A program made the translations under genes and the position numbers. DNA of 64,000 nucleotides from Amoebophrya sp. A120 (taxonomy: Eukaryota; Protista; Dinoflagellata). The stretch spans positions 11,782,591 to 11,846,590 of the forward strand of contig CAJINV010000002.1 in NCBI GenBank assembly GCA_905178155.1. Reading direction: 5' to 3'. Below are positions 35,368 to 47,614 of the stretch, one piece after another (within the stretch, counting starts at the first letter, position 1; each line of letters begins with the position of its first letter). The notes under the pieces were generated by a model that made no database searches, was not told the origin of the DNA, and saw only the letters and a list, made by a program, of their open reading frames with translations.

Positions 35368-38275
35368 ATGATTCCCACTCCAGTTCCTTCTGGGACGGAG
35401 ACAGGCCAGACCTCTCCGGTGATAGATGATAACCAACCAGGGAGCAGGCTGGGCCGATCCATGGCGGACAACATGTTTGGCGGTTTGTCCGGCAGGATTG
35501 AGAGGGAGCTGGAAGCGCAAGCAGAAATTGCACCTGTGCCCGAAGAAAACGCGCTTGATGAGGATGATCTGGAACATTGCCGCGCGCTGCGTGATCGTCT
35601 GCATGCTCTAGAGAAACAACAAGCGACGCAGCGTGAAGCAGATGAGCAGAGCCAGGAAGTGGAACAGGACAGAGCGGCATCCTCGTCTTCGAAGAAAACT
35701 GTGCGTCGTGAGGGAGAGAGCAAGCGCTCGCGGCCGCTGACGGGTGGTAATCCGGTTGTAGAAGAGATTGTGATCGACTCGGATGAGGAGATGCCGCCGG
35801 TTTTGTTCGGGGATCTAGACGGATGGCAGAAAGACGAAAAGACTCAAGACCTGGCGCGGTCACTGTTGCAGAACCAACGGGACATTGTGATGGCAGGTGC
35901 AGAGATGCAGGCGGAGATCGATGACCTGGACACCGCAATGAAGGAGACCCGAGAGAAAATATTGGGCAACGAGGACGCAGTAAAAAAATTAGCCGCGGAT
36001 AGCAATGCCACGGAAAAACAAGTGATGAAGATGTTTCAGGACGGAGACAGCAACATCTCCCAAGTCTTTGACAAAATTATGAGGCAGATGCTCATCGATG
36101 AACAGACCAACCTGCTGCGCGCAAAGCGAATAGAAGAAGAGGTGCTACGGCGCGAACAACTACGGGACGAGGAGAGCCGTAAAACAAACCAGAAGGCGGA
36201 CAAGCTTGAGAAGGACATGGAGAAATCCAAGGAGACGCAGCTACAGACTCTGGACTTGGTCAAGAAAGTGTCGGACTCCAGAGCTGCCACTACTTCTGGT
36301 GCCACTTCGCGCGGTGGTCAGCAGCAGGAGCAGGAAAAACAAATTTACGATGTCGATGAGAAGACAGTTGATCCTGCAAGCAATTTGAAGCCTCCAACAA
36401 CTAACGAAACGAGCAATCAACAACAAACAACTACCCAACAAAACCCGTATTGGGATTTAGTAGATGCGCTCGCGCGAAACGGTATGAGACCGGAGGAGGC
36501 GCGCAATTTTGCAAGGCAACAACAGCAGAACACGAGCAAAAATCAGGCAACTAGCAGCGATAGGGTGCCACCACCACCAGCACCCAGCTACACAGGTGGT
36601 GTTTACAACCCAAGCCAACAGTACAACAACAACCAAAGCTACAGCAATTTCGTGCAAGGCAAGGCCAACATGAGGCACGGTGGTCAATACAACCCGCAGC
36701 GGCGCAACAGCTATGGTCCTAGTCGCACGGGCTCAGGAGCAGCGTCGCCTGTTTTGGAATATGCGGATGGGAGAACGGAGCGCGTTCCTTTGATTGCAAA
36801 AGCAGGACAGGTGCGTGTGGACGAGGTGCCGCACTCGCCGGAGGTGCGACAGCAGTTACAAGAAGCGGATGCGGGTTTGACCATGACGGACCACGGGCTG
36901 GTTGGGGAGTTACCACTGTGGTCTTTCATTTTAGAATCGGAGCAGAAGCTGCTGGGGGATTATGTGGATCCAAAGAAGTTTGGTTCGATCCACGTCGACA
37001 AGTTGGAGTCAAAATTTACGGAGACGCCCTTTGCGCAGTGCCTCAAGCTGGCCAACCCGCTCAAAGAGTGGCACTTTCGCATCAGCACGCTAGTAGCGGG
37101 GGCCCTGCAAAAGGGAAAAGTAGTTGCGGAGGTGCTGGAGTACTCGCTGGTGGCCACGATTATTTTCTTTGGACACGATGAAACGAAGAGACGAGAAATC
37201 TACGAGGCGGGCATCGTGGTGCGAAATGTCCTCCCCACGCACACACTGAGAGCTTATTTTAAAGCTCTCTTTGTTGTTTTCCCGGGAATGGGCACGGACA
37301 TGACCCAGCTCATCCGCGAGTGGAGTATTGAGAAGGGTGACTGGCTGCGTACTCCGGGGAAAGAGGGGTGCTCGTTGCTCAAAGAACTGGACCGGTTTAG
37401 AAGCGCAGCAGAGAGAGTTGATTTCTCGATGAAGCCGGTCTCAATCAAAAGTCGCATTCTGTTCTTATACGAACTGTGCCGCCGCGTACTCATCCCCAGG
37501 GAGTGTCAGAGCTTTATAATGCAATATAGTGGCACTCCGTTGATAACTTTTGAGCAGATCCACGACTGGGCGAAGCGTCACTCGATGATGGCGGGGGTCA
37601 ATGCCATCACCAGCCTGGACAGCAAGCAGAAGGCCCTGCCCAGTGGAGTTTACATGTTCGGTCAGATCCTGGAGCAGGAGGAGCAGTGTCCCGAAGTGGA
37701 TGTAGTTCGCCCGCCGTATCCGAAATTTGGCCAGAAGACGACGACGACAGGAGCGTATCGGCTGAAGGAGGAGGATGCGAACTGCCACAACTGCGGTGAA
37801 GAAAGATGGACACTTTGCTCGCAACTGCAAGAAGGGACCGATGTGTAAAACCTGCGGCGTGAAGAACCCGGGCCACAACTTTCGCAACTGCCCCACGCTG
37901 GAAGGAAAAACCGAGGAAGAGCGCCGTGCTGTTGACCGAGTACACTTTGCCAAATTTGTCCGCAGGCACCGGAACAACGTGCACAAGCACTACAAGGGAA
38001 AGGGAAAAGCATCCGGCGTCACGAGCTTCAACCGCGGTAAAGGTGGTTACTCCGGTGGAAAGGGAGCTGGGGGCAAAGGCAGCAAAGGGTGGTCCTTGCA
38101 GGTGCGATCCATTGATCCGGAGGGCAACGCGTGGGAGGAGCACGAGTTGGAAAATGAAGACGACAGCCAGGATTTGCCCGGCTGGGAAGGAGATGACGAG
38201 GTGGACCTGACCCAGGAGCTAGATGAGGAACAGGTGAGCGCGGTTATTAACTCTGTCATGGGTCTTTTCTCTTGA
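35368..38275 (+). pseudogene. gag: gag-like ORF with two zinc knuckles (duplicate at 28882-31789)
   Basis: 830-aa ORF. CHNCGEDGHFARNC is restored by removing an AAGA tandem duplication (37799-37806). Second knuckle CKTC...HNFRNC, then a G/K-rich tail. Confidence 0.75.
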
Positions 38276-39512
38276 GAGACCAGACGCGATGTCGAAAAAC
38301 TCAAGCGTAAGTACAGAACCATTGGACGAAAGCGACGAGTTCGCGCACGTGGTGTTCGACGACGTGGATTGGAGTGCGGTGGTGGCCTCCATTTTCAAGG
38401 TGCGTAAATGTGAAGGGAGGTAGTGAAGCAACAACGCAGGCCAGCACACCCAAATCTACTTTGTCTTTCGCCATTGTACTGCTCTGGGGCCACGACTCGG
38501 GATTTAGTGGCTGGCTTTTTCTCGGGGTGAAGCGCTTGACGGAACTGGCCAGTCAATTTGGAAAATACAACATCAAAATTCCCGTTCAGAAAGTGAACTT
38601 GACCGCGGACACAGCAAACGGGAAGTGTAATTTGATTATGATGGCGCTAATGCCGATCATGAGCCACGACATGCAGCTGATCGGGGCGGAGCGGGCGACT
38701 GTAGTAGACGATGCTCTCTGGCCTGATCATGCCGCTTGTCTTGCAGGAGTGCAGTTTATCAGAAAATACCGGGCGGACTTGCTGAACACGGAAGAAGCAC
38801 TGGTGGTTAGGTGCAAAAACGGCTACGAGCAGGCATGGAATGGGGGTTATCGTTTTCCCATGCCGCTGCAGCAGTTCACCGAGAACGCGTCGCACTTCAT
38901 GCAGAAAAAACTTCAGGAGGGCCAATCTCTAGAGCTACAAGCTATGATGGTTGCTGTGAATCGAGAATTTTTTGAAAAGCAACAGCTGCACTTTATGAAC
39001 GAGGCAAAAGTGCATCACTTTTGGGTGACCAGCATGGAGCTGCTGGAGCAGGAAAGTCTACCAGTTTGCCAGGTGGAGCAAGTCTGTGCAGTGGAGGACT
39101 TCGACTTTCCAAAGGTGATGGCTTTGCGGGAAGAAGCAGAGCAAGAAGCTGATAAACAATTTTGGAAAACGCTGCTGGACCCAAAGTCGAAGAAGAAGCC
39201 GACGCACGTGTAAAGAAGAATCCAGCAGTGTGTCACGGGGCCAATTCCAGCCAACAAGACGGACGTCAAGGCCTGTGTTCGAGTAGTAAGAAATCTGGAC
39301 TGTTTCAGTGAGGTTTTCACGCGGACGGAAAATTTTACTAACCAAAATCAGTCCATCACGGGGCACGGTTTGGAAGCTGCAAATCGAGAAGCAAACCGCA
39401 AGCACTTTGAAAACACTCGCGCGCGGGGTGGACGCGTGGTTTCCCTGGCGGTGGACTATCTCTTTACGGCCGATCAAGCTCCGGAAAGTGCTGCCTTGAT
39501 AGAAACTACCCC

Positions 39513-40422
39513 TCAGGCGAACGGGCCCGGACCACTAGAGCGCGGAAAATTCGCGGAAAATTTCGCGAATTTGAAACAATAAGCCAGGGGCCCGGCCCAG
39601 GAATGGGCCGGGCCCCGGAAGGGCCTTCGAGCTGGGTGGTTTTGTGTGTTCTGCCCACCGCAGAGAACCGCGCGGGCGCAGGGCTTGCCGGCCTACCCGT
39701 GGCGGACCGGGGCCCGCCCCCGGAATCCTTTCAAATGAAAGCGGGCGGGCCGTCGTGGTTCGGTTTCGTTCCATCTCGCGAAGGGGAATTCTTCGCCCAA
39801 TTCTTCGGGGAATTTTTCGCGCAATTCTCGAAAAGCGGAAAAAAATCAGGGGGAATTTTGCGGGAATTCGTAGGATTGACCACGCAGAAAAATCGCTAAT
39901 TTTGGGGGGAATTCGGTGGGGGAATTTTTTGGGAATTCGGGCCCCCGGACCTGTTTCATTGTATTCGTGTGCGATTTTGGCACCCCCCCGCCCGGGGGTG
40001 GCAATTCGCAAAAAATTGCACATCGAATTAGAGACGCAATTAGAGAAATTTTTTTTGGTAATTTCCCCGGTCCGGGGCGGAATTGCGCACCAAATTGAAC
40101 AAAAATTGCACACGGAATTGGCTACAAATTGAACACAAAATTGAACAAAAATTGCCCGAGTTGGCTGAGGTGTATGATGAACGGAGCGCGCCACCTTGAA
40201 AGGGGGGCCGTGGTGTGGGCCCATGTTTGGCGGCCTCGGTGTGGCCTCCCCTTCGTTCCTTTGGCGCGCCGCCGCGGGTTTTTGTGTAGGGTATGCAGCC
40301 GGGGCCTGGGCGCCGTTCCGGCGCCTCCACATACAGAGCCTCGCGCGGCCTGCCGATTTTCAAAATTGCGCAATTTTTGCGCCCAATTTAGCGCCTTAGG
40401 TGGTGCGGCCCCGTTCGCCTGA
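39513..40422. mobile_element. 910-bp TIR element inserted in pol
   Basis: TIR TCAGGCGAACGGGCCCGGACCAC / GTGGTGCGGCCCCGTTCGCCTGA. 6-bp direct repeat TACCCC. Removal gives LIETTP-ATKIPV in frame. Confidence 0.9.
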
Positions 40423-43400
40423 TACCCCTGCTACGAAGATACCAGTTGTGTCCAATGAGACCATCTCGCAAGTGCACAAGCGCCGGTATGAAAACCTGAT
40501 GCGAGCACCGACATCAGTGCACATGTGGAGAATTTGCACGGTGCGCCGGGGTTGGGCGCCACCAAGCCGCTTTCACTCCGGGCCGGGCAGTGTAGTACTG
40601 GAGGTGGGCATGGAAGTGGGCCGCGAGATAGAGAAATTGGAGCAGGAAACTGGAGTTCGCTATGCCGGTTTTGCGCCGGAGGTAGTCGCAAGGATCCAAC
40701 ATTTGCCGTCTGTGAGAAAGCTGACTCAGGAAGCGAAAAAAGCAATGTCCAGCCAGAAGCCCAAGTGCGTTACGATATCAGGAGATGGTGCAAAGTCAGC
40801 TGTTGCTGTCGGCGAAGCGCTTCAGGAGAAAGAAGGCTATACTCAAAATAAAAAGGTGCAGCACTTCTCCATCAAGAGGATTCTCTGGTCCAGTCAACAG
40901 CGGGCTGATATTGCCGGCGTAGTTCGACCATGGGGAGTAACTGCAACTACAGAAATTCAGCTGTCTCTGGACCTGCACAACTTTACAAACTTGAACGACC
41001 CGCGCATCGACATGACGCCCCGGGAAGTCAGGCTGTCGACGACGCTCAAGGACATGAACCGCAGCACCGCTTTTCAAAACCAGAAAAGGAGTGGCTCGGT
41101 ATTGCCAAGCAGGTGTTCAAAGATTGCACGGACGACGAGCTGATGAAGGCTCTGGAGGCGATGCGGTACTCCAACCTACGCGCTTACCGGTCGCATTCGC
41201 AACCGGGACCACTGGCGCGCGGTACGTGGAGCGCAGAGGACCCCAGTGCAATTGGTTTCATGGACTGCACGTCATTAGGACCGCCGATTTTGCAGATTGC
41301 CTTTGTGTGGGTGCCGTGCTTGCTGATGGTCTTGAGCCACTCTTTCTGTCGATGCCTTGGAGAAAAGAACAAGCTGAAACTCGACGGCGAGTGGCTGCCT
41401 GGACATCCCACGCGCGATGATATTATGGGGCTCTTGTCCATGCTTCAGCAATTTAATAGGCTGAGGGCACTGACGGTGGCCGATCCGGGACCCGAAAGCA
41501 TTGCGATGGCTGTGGCAAAATACTGCCTTAGCTCGGGAAGACGATTAGCGCTGTCAATGCGGAACACGCCACGAGCGGTTTCCAGGAAAGAAAAGCGGCG
41601 CCACACCTGGAAGAGCACAATGTTCCGGATGGAAAGGGGCCCACTTTTGAGAAATGTGCCGGTGACTTCTCGAGGCGAAATGGCGCATGCAGCCATCAGC
41701 GAGCGGATGCGCATGGCTACCGGTGAATCCACGGACGACTGGGGCATGGGTTTCCCTTCAAACCCCGAGGGAGACTACCTTCTGGAGTGGACGCCGGAAA
41801 TGTTCATGGACCAGGAGAAGATCACTGCAGCGCAGTTCGAAAGGTCAAAGGAAATCCTGAGCCAAACAGTGCAAGATCCGGCCTACCGACAGCGAGTGAG
41901 GAGATACAAGAGCCAGACCATGAAGCACAGAGGCACGCACAAGTACAGACGCAGTCAACCCGTGGAGTACGTTGACAAGTCGGGACTGACCAATCCTGCA
42001 ATTTTCCTAGAGTGGAAAAACCGTTTCACGGCGCTGGTGCGCAAGCCAGGACAGCGGGATGGTTCGCAGGAAGTGCACAGAGGAAATTTATTCCCTGCTT
42101 TTGATTCCGAGTATCTTTGTGACTTCCCTGAGACGATCGAATTGTACAAGTGTGACCTCCCTTACCTGCGGGAGTGCCTTCAGAAGATCCAGGCGGACAA
42201 GCAGCTGGTACGCGTCCGCGGTAAGTTTGTCTTCCAGCGATGCGTCGACTGCGGGGCGGAAAGAGCAGTGCATCCAAAGTCAGCTGTTGCTGAATTTACC
42301 AGGTGCTCTTTTTTCGAAGGATGTTTCTGCCATGACGTGTCCGACAGATTCCTGTATGAATCGGATGGATGGGTGTGGCCAAGAATCCATCGACCTTCGC
42401 TCAAAAAGCAGGACGCGCTGAGTCCGTACTTGCTCCCGCCACGAGATGGCGAAAAGGTTTTTGACGAGGAAGATATTGTCAAGGAGGAGAGACCGGAGCA
42501 GGTGCGGTTTGAAGATGATGCCGACTGGAAGGAGTACGAACCCAGCAAAGATCCCTCTTTGGATTTGGAAGTCAGCGAGAGCGAAGAGCAGCAACAAATT
42601 GATGGCGAGCTGATGGGAACGGAGGTTGACAGACTGATTTGCGCAAGTGCAGTTACCAGCACCGCAGCGGAGGAGTGCGCGTACTATTTCGACGAATATC
42701 TGGGTTTTGAACCAGAGCAGGAAGATGTGGTGATCAACAACTGCCAGCGAATTTGTGGAGTAAGCGAGCAGCAGGGTGAAGATGTGAAGCAGGAGGTCAA
42801 CAACGAACTACAGGTGAAGGATGTTGCCTTTGATAGATGACTTCGCGGAGGTGTTGCGCATTGCTGCTGCCAGAGTGCACATGATGGGCCTGGAAGCTCC
42901 ATTCCAACAGTGGGAAGATGAAAGTGTCACGCAAGAGGAGAGGGATGGGCGACATCTTCTGACTCTGACTGCTGCAGAAAGCGGAAGTGCTCCAGAAAAA
43001 GAAAAGTACAAAAGGTACAGGCTGTGGAAGGCTACCGTGGATTTGCTGCTACCGCCGTTGGACATGCCTTCATCGGAAGCAAGCTGGGTAGTAGAAAACT
43101 ATCACGGTCTGTCTGCAGCACTAGTCACCGATCCGCGCTGGGAGCACTTGATAAGCATGATCCACGAAAACCGCCGGTGGTTTCTCGAGCACGCCGCTTT
43201 TTCATGGGATAGCGCTGGACAACGTCTAGACCTGGGGAGATCACCACACGAGGGCAGAACAGTTTTTGGTGTTGGGATTTTCGCTGGACCTGGAGGGCAG
43301 TACGTTTTCAGTACCAAGCGGGACCGGATGAAGGACAAGGATTTTGTAGGGGTGGTAAGATGGGAATTTCTTGCTGCCGAGCCTGTCGATCCCGAAAACC

Positions 43401-44853
43401 CGGCCGAAAGAAAGCTGCACAAGACCCGAGAGGGATTTACCGCCGGTATGCGCAAAGTACTAAGGATGGGTTCGAAAGTCCCTGACTTAAAACCTCCCCA
43501 CCTAACAGACGAGATGGATGGGGATGAATTTTTGTCTGCCGCTTTTGAAAAAGAGATGACCGGTTTGTTGGAAGCGCTTACTTCGTCCGGAGAGCCGTGC
43601 GCTTTTGTGGCCACACCGGAGGAGGCCAGTGATGCACAAGCAGGAGTACTGCATTCAGGGGAACGCGTTTACGGTTCAAGATTTCTAGTCGATCTCAAGG
43701 ACATTTCTCTAGTGTTCTGTGAGGTCAAATCAAGGTGGGCGCCAAACGGTGCGCAGCAGCGCCACGATTTGGAATCCGGCATGGAGGTGAGTGAGAACAG
43801 CAGCCCTACTCTCTCAAATCTCGAGCTGAAGCTGCTGTGTTTGAGTGCGGCGTTCATCAAACAGGCGCAATGTCTCATCCTGGACTTGCCCCGCGCTTTC
43901 AGCCAGGGCTTCCAGTACAAAAAGGCGGAAAGACCAAGAATCAAAATCAACATCCCACCAGGACCACGAGTGGCCAATGCGCTGCGGAAAGCGATGAGCA
44001 GGGTGGGTGAACGTACTGGAAAGAGAGTCACGGAGTCGAGCGCCCTGATTTTGAATGTTCCTCAGTATGGCCTGCTTGAAGCCAGTTTCAAGTTCTTCTA
44101 CACGGTCTGCAAAAAATTCGAAGAACGGGACTTAACAACTCCAGCAACGAGCAGGGTGATCTACAGACTTTTTCAGAAAGATGTTCTCCAAGGTGTCATG
44201 GGAGAGCATATTGATGATTTTTCAATATGGGTTGCCAAACTCTTTCTGGAACATCTCACGCAGCTGATCAAGTCCTGTTTTAAGCTCGACACCTACACCA
44301 GCCTGCAGATGGAGTGCCAGATGTTTACCGGGAAGAACATGCTCCACAATGAAAAAGAGAAACTCATCTACATCAACATGAAGGACAAGGTGCGGGAACT
44401 AAAATTTTTTGTGCCGCGGGAGGAACTGGAAGGAAGCAAGGTGGACCTGGATCGCTTGTTGGACGAGGACGAGGTGAGTCAGTGCAAGTCCATCAAGGGT
44501 TCGTGCAGTTTCTCTGTGGAGTGGGTGCGCATCGACGGCATGGACTTGCTGCGCGTGCTCAGTTGGGGAAATGATAGCAACCGCACGGTCGAAAACGCTT
44601 TGAAAGTCAACATGTTGATTTCGCACCTGCAGTATGCACCGGAGCAAGGAGTCAAGTTGTCCTACGGTTTGGGAGACGACTTGGCTTTCTTGGCTTTTGC
44701 CGACAGTAGTTTTCAAAATAAACCAGCAAAAGACGTCACCGGAAAACCGAAAACGAAAAATAAGGGCGTCGTCGAGCTCATCGATAACCAGCACCCGCAG
44801 TTCCAGGAACTCAATGAGCTGGCCATGCTGCCGCTGAGCGCGTGCATCCTCTG

Positions 44854-45903
44854 TCAACCAGATCGACCCCCAGTAGCCGAAAAAATAAAAAATCTATGGC
44901 TTTCATTGAAAAAATTGACGTCCTTGGCTTTTATTTTTTTCAAATTTTTCTAGCGGGCCCACTGGGGTGGTGTTTTGGGTCCGCCCGTGTCCCGCGGCCT
45001 TTTTGTATGAGGCAGCCGCCCAGTGCCGATGTCTCTAGGCAAGGTTGGGCGCCCGGGTTTTCTCTAACGGGGCAGTCAGATGCGCCACCTGTGGTCTCGT
45101 GTGGTGTGTGTCAGTGGCACGCACCACATGAGGCGAAGAGCTACATATGGGGAAGAGGTGTCGTCCCGCAGACGCCCTGCGATGGAGGGCATGGTCGGGG
45201 CAAGCGGGGCCATTGGCTTGGAAGCCTTGCAACACAAGCTGCCGACAGTCTAACGCAGACCGACGGCAGCTTGCGGTGCAAAATGCACGGCAAAAATTTG
45301 CAAAATGCACGGAAAAAAATTAAAAAAAAATCAGAAAAAACTCAGAAAAGTAGGCGCGTGCAAAAAATCAAAGGGATTTCCCCTATGTTTGCAAAAGCGA
45401 CCTATTTCTGGACGACAAAAGGTCGGACAAGCTGACTTTTTTCTGATTTTTTTTGCACCAAAAACTGAGTTTTTTTGCACCACGAAAGCGGCAGGTTGAT
45501 TCCGAGTCAACCTGTGGCTGTGGTGTTGTGGATGAGGCAGGGCGACGTGGTGTTTGTTGTGTGTCCTGGCGAGATTGTGTTTCCGTGTGTTCGCCTTTTT
45601 GTTGTCTTCCTCGGGAGTCTTCCCTTCCACAGGGTGGGGTGGGGCCTGCTTTCTCTTGGTAGCGAGCTCTGCGCGGCCAGGTCTTGGGGTTGTTGTCCTG
45701 GTTGTGGTGCTTTTCTTCTCCTTCCTTGGTCTGACATTGTTTCCCAGCTTCTCCGTTCAGTGGCGCGATCCTTGGGGCCTCTGTTTGTTTTGGTTTCGTC
45801 AAATATTGGCCGGGCTCTGATTTTTTTTTTCTTCGAAAAAAAAACTTTTCAAGAACATCATATATTTTTTTTTTCGGGGCCCACTGGGGGTCGATCTGGT
45901 CGA
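44854..45903. mobile_element. 1050-bp TIR element inserted in RNase H
   Basis: TIR TCAACCAGATCGACCCCCAGT / ACTGGGGGTCGATCTGGTCGA. 6-bp direct repeat CCTCTG. Removal gives SACILC-VASQKK in frame. Confidence 0.9.
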
Positions 45904-47340
45904 CCTCTGCGTGGCCTCGCAGAAGAAAATTAATGAGGTCATGGACACCAAGGAGGAGTTGCCTATGTCGGTGGTGGATTACATGCTGCAGACGGGTGTG
46001 GCACCGTGCGGCAGCTCCTTCGGGAATGAAGCCGAAGCCCACCAAAAAGGCATGCACAGGACAGAAGTAGTGCGTGAAAAGTGGACGCAAATACTACGAC
46101 CACCAACCAAAGAGCAGTCGGAGGCCAAGGATGCCGGGGAAGAATCTGTCATGCAGAGGAGCAAGAAAATAGTTGAGCACAATGGTTTGAAACTACCAGA
46201 GCACTGGGAAACGTACGACCTGGTGGACAATACCGGCACTATTCAGCGACTACTCTCTCGCACTTGCCCGTCGGAGACCAACGTCTGGCTGTGCCGGACG
46301 CTCTTGCGCAGTCGGAGACTTCTCAGTGAATTTCCTCGCTGTTTAGTTCACATATCAGACCGCGTCATGGTGGCTGACTGTCTTACCAAATATTTTGCGG
46401 CCAGTAGTGACAAGATGCACCAGTTTAGGAACTTCATGGGCGGGAGTTTGGTCTGGTACCGACACGACGACGTGAAGAGTACCGGGGGGATGCTTGGGAT
46501 GCGCCGGGAGCTGAGCACCGACCTGGACAAGTAGCCGACTTTGTGTTGCTGGATGTTTTCCACATCCCACGCCAGTTTCCATTGCTCTGAGCGGGGCTGT
46601 GAGCATTTCGTGTGTTCATCACCGATAGCTCGCGCCACGGTGTTTCGGAGTTTTTGGGCTCTGGGGCAAAGGCGAAGGATCGTGTTTTGGGAGTTTTGAA
46701 AAAGGTGGAACAAGAACAACAATTTGTGATGTTTGTTTGGTGTCAGGTTTTGCAGGTTAAGTGGTTGATAAAAAACAGATGTATCCGTAGAAAATCCTTT
46801 GAGTATGAGTTCAAAAAGGCAATGAGTTTTCTTGTCAGAAAAAGCTACTTTTGACCAAGTTTACAAAGTTTGAACACGTAGGTAAAGTCGCAGAAGGCTC
46901 AGTTTTTTCAAAGTAAGCAACAGTAAAACTAAGACTCAGTCCTGGACCTATCGAAGGAAGTAAGTGAAAGTAATGGCTTCGAGCAAGCAAAAAAGCATGC
47001 AACCTCACTCAGACATAGCGTTTTATCATGATAAATATTATTTCAGGTCGCTCCACAGTAGAAACAAAAGAAAAATTTTGGTAAGTAGGATGCTTACCAC
47101 CCTGGCTAGGATGGTCAGGCTCGTTATTTTGGTAGGATGCCAAAACCACTAGAAAAATCGCATTATAAGATGTAGTGCGTCATGCTGTGGGATGCAGCAT
47201 GGGTTTGAAGATAGGATGTCTTTAAATCTTTTGCGAAAAATTTAGCTTGAAGCCACGATAAACATAGCTCTGGATGAGTTTTTACTTTTATATCATACCA
47301 ATCACTTAGGTTAAGATTTACTTTCCATTCAACTTTAAAT

Positions 47341-47348
47341 GGGGGGAA
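47341..47348 (+). promoter_or_regulatory. Polypurine tract
   Basis: GGGGGGAA just upstream of the 3' LTR. Confidence 0.75.
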
Positions 47349-47349
47349 C

Positions 47350-47614
47350 TGAAAGTTTTTACGATACACGAGTGACCCCCGAGTGTATTGAGAACCACAT
47401 CGCATATCGTTATTGAATGGAAAGTGTTTGTTCGAAGCATCTCGCTGGCAATCTCGATGCAAAGGGCTGAAACTGAACCGGATCTGTTGCACGCAATGTT
47501 TAACTGAGCTGCGGCGCAAGTCGCCAAAACAAATACACGCCTGGCAATTCTTTTTTTTGTTGAAACAAATCCGCGTGTTCGCCGCTGACAAGATCATTGC
47601 GCGTAGATCTTTCA
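47350..47614 (+). repeat. 3' LTR
   Basis: 265 bp, TG...CA, followed by TAAA matching the left flank. Confidence 0.95.

Larger units (their letters stand above)
26654..39525. repeat. Exact 6386-bp duplication (26654-33039 = 33140-39525) across a 100-N gap
   Basis: All ORFs are repeated identically at offset 6486; N gap 33040-33139. Confidence 0.95.
38276..46534 (+). pseudogene. pol: pol: aspartic protease, integrase, reverse transcriptase, RNase H (interrupted)
   Basis: PR: WGHDSGFS. IN: GFMD..VADPGPE..RKEKRRHT. RT: KSRWAPNG, LDLPRAFSQG, QYGLLEASFKFF, GEHIDDF. RH: AFADSSF, MVADCLTK. One in-frame TAA (39211), several frameshifts and two TIR insertions. Confidence 0.85.
26583..47614 (+). mobile_element. 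Divergent Ty1/copia-like LTR retrotransposon, degenerate
   Basis: 265-bp LTRs at both ends, TAAA on both flanks, PBS-like and PPT sites, and domain order gag-PR-IN-RT-RH. About 12.6 kb after discounting the duplication and two insertions. Confidence 0.92.

Noticed and set aside
39205-39315. Euplotes-like serial +1 frameshifting at stop codons (GTG-TAA, GAG-TAG, CAG-TGA) in pol
   Set aside because: Three +1 shifts return to the original frame, which contains only one TAA and reads as plausible protein. A single nonsense mutation is simpler.
39535-40422. ORFs inside the TIR insertions (also 44842-46090 and 18404-19026) as transposases
   Set aside because: Low-complexity translations with no DDE motifs; the elements are non-autonomous.
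26583-47614. Genuine tandem three-LTR retrotransposon
   Set aside because: The first unit lacks IN/RT/PPT and ends at a gap, and the middle LTR is an exact partial copy of the 5' LTR.
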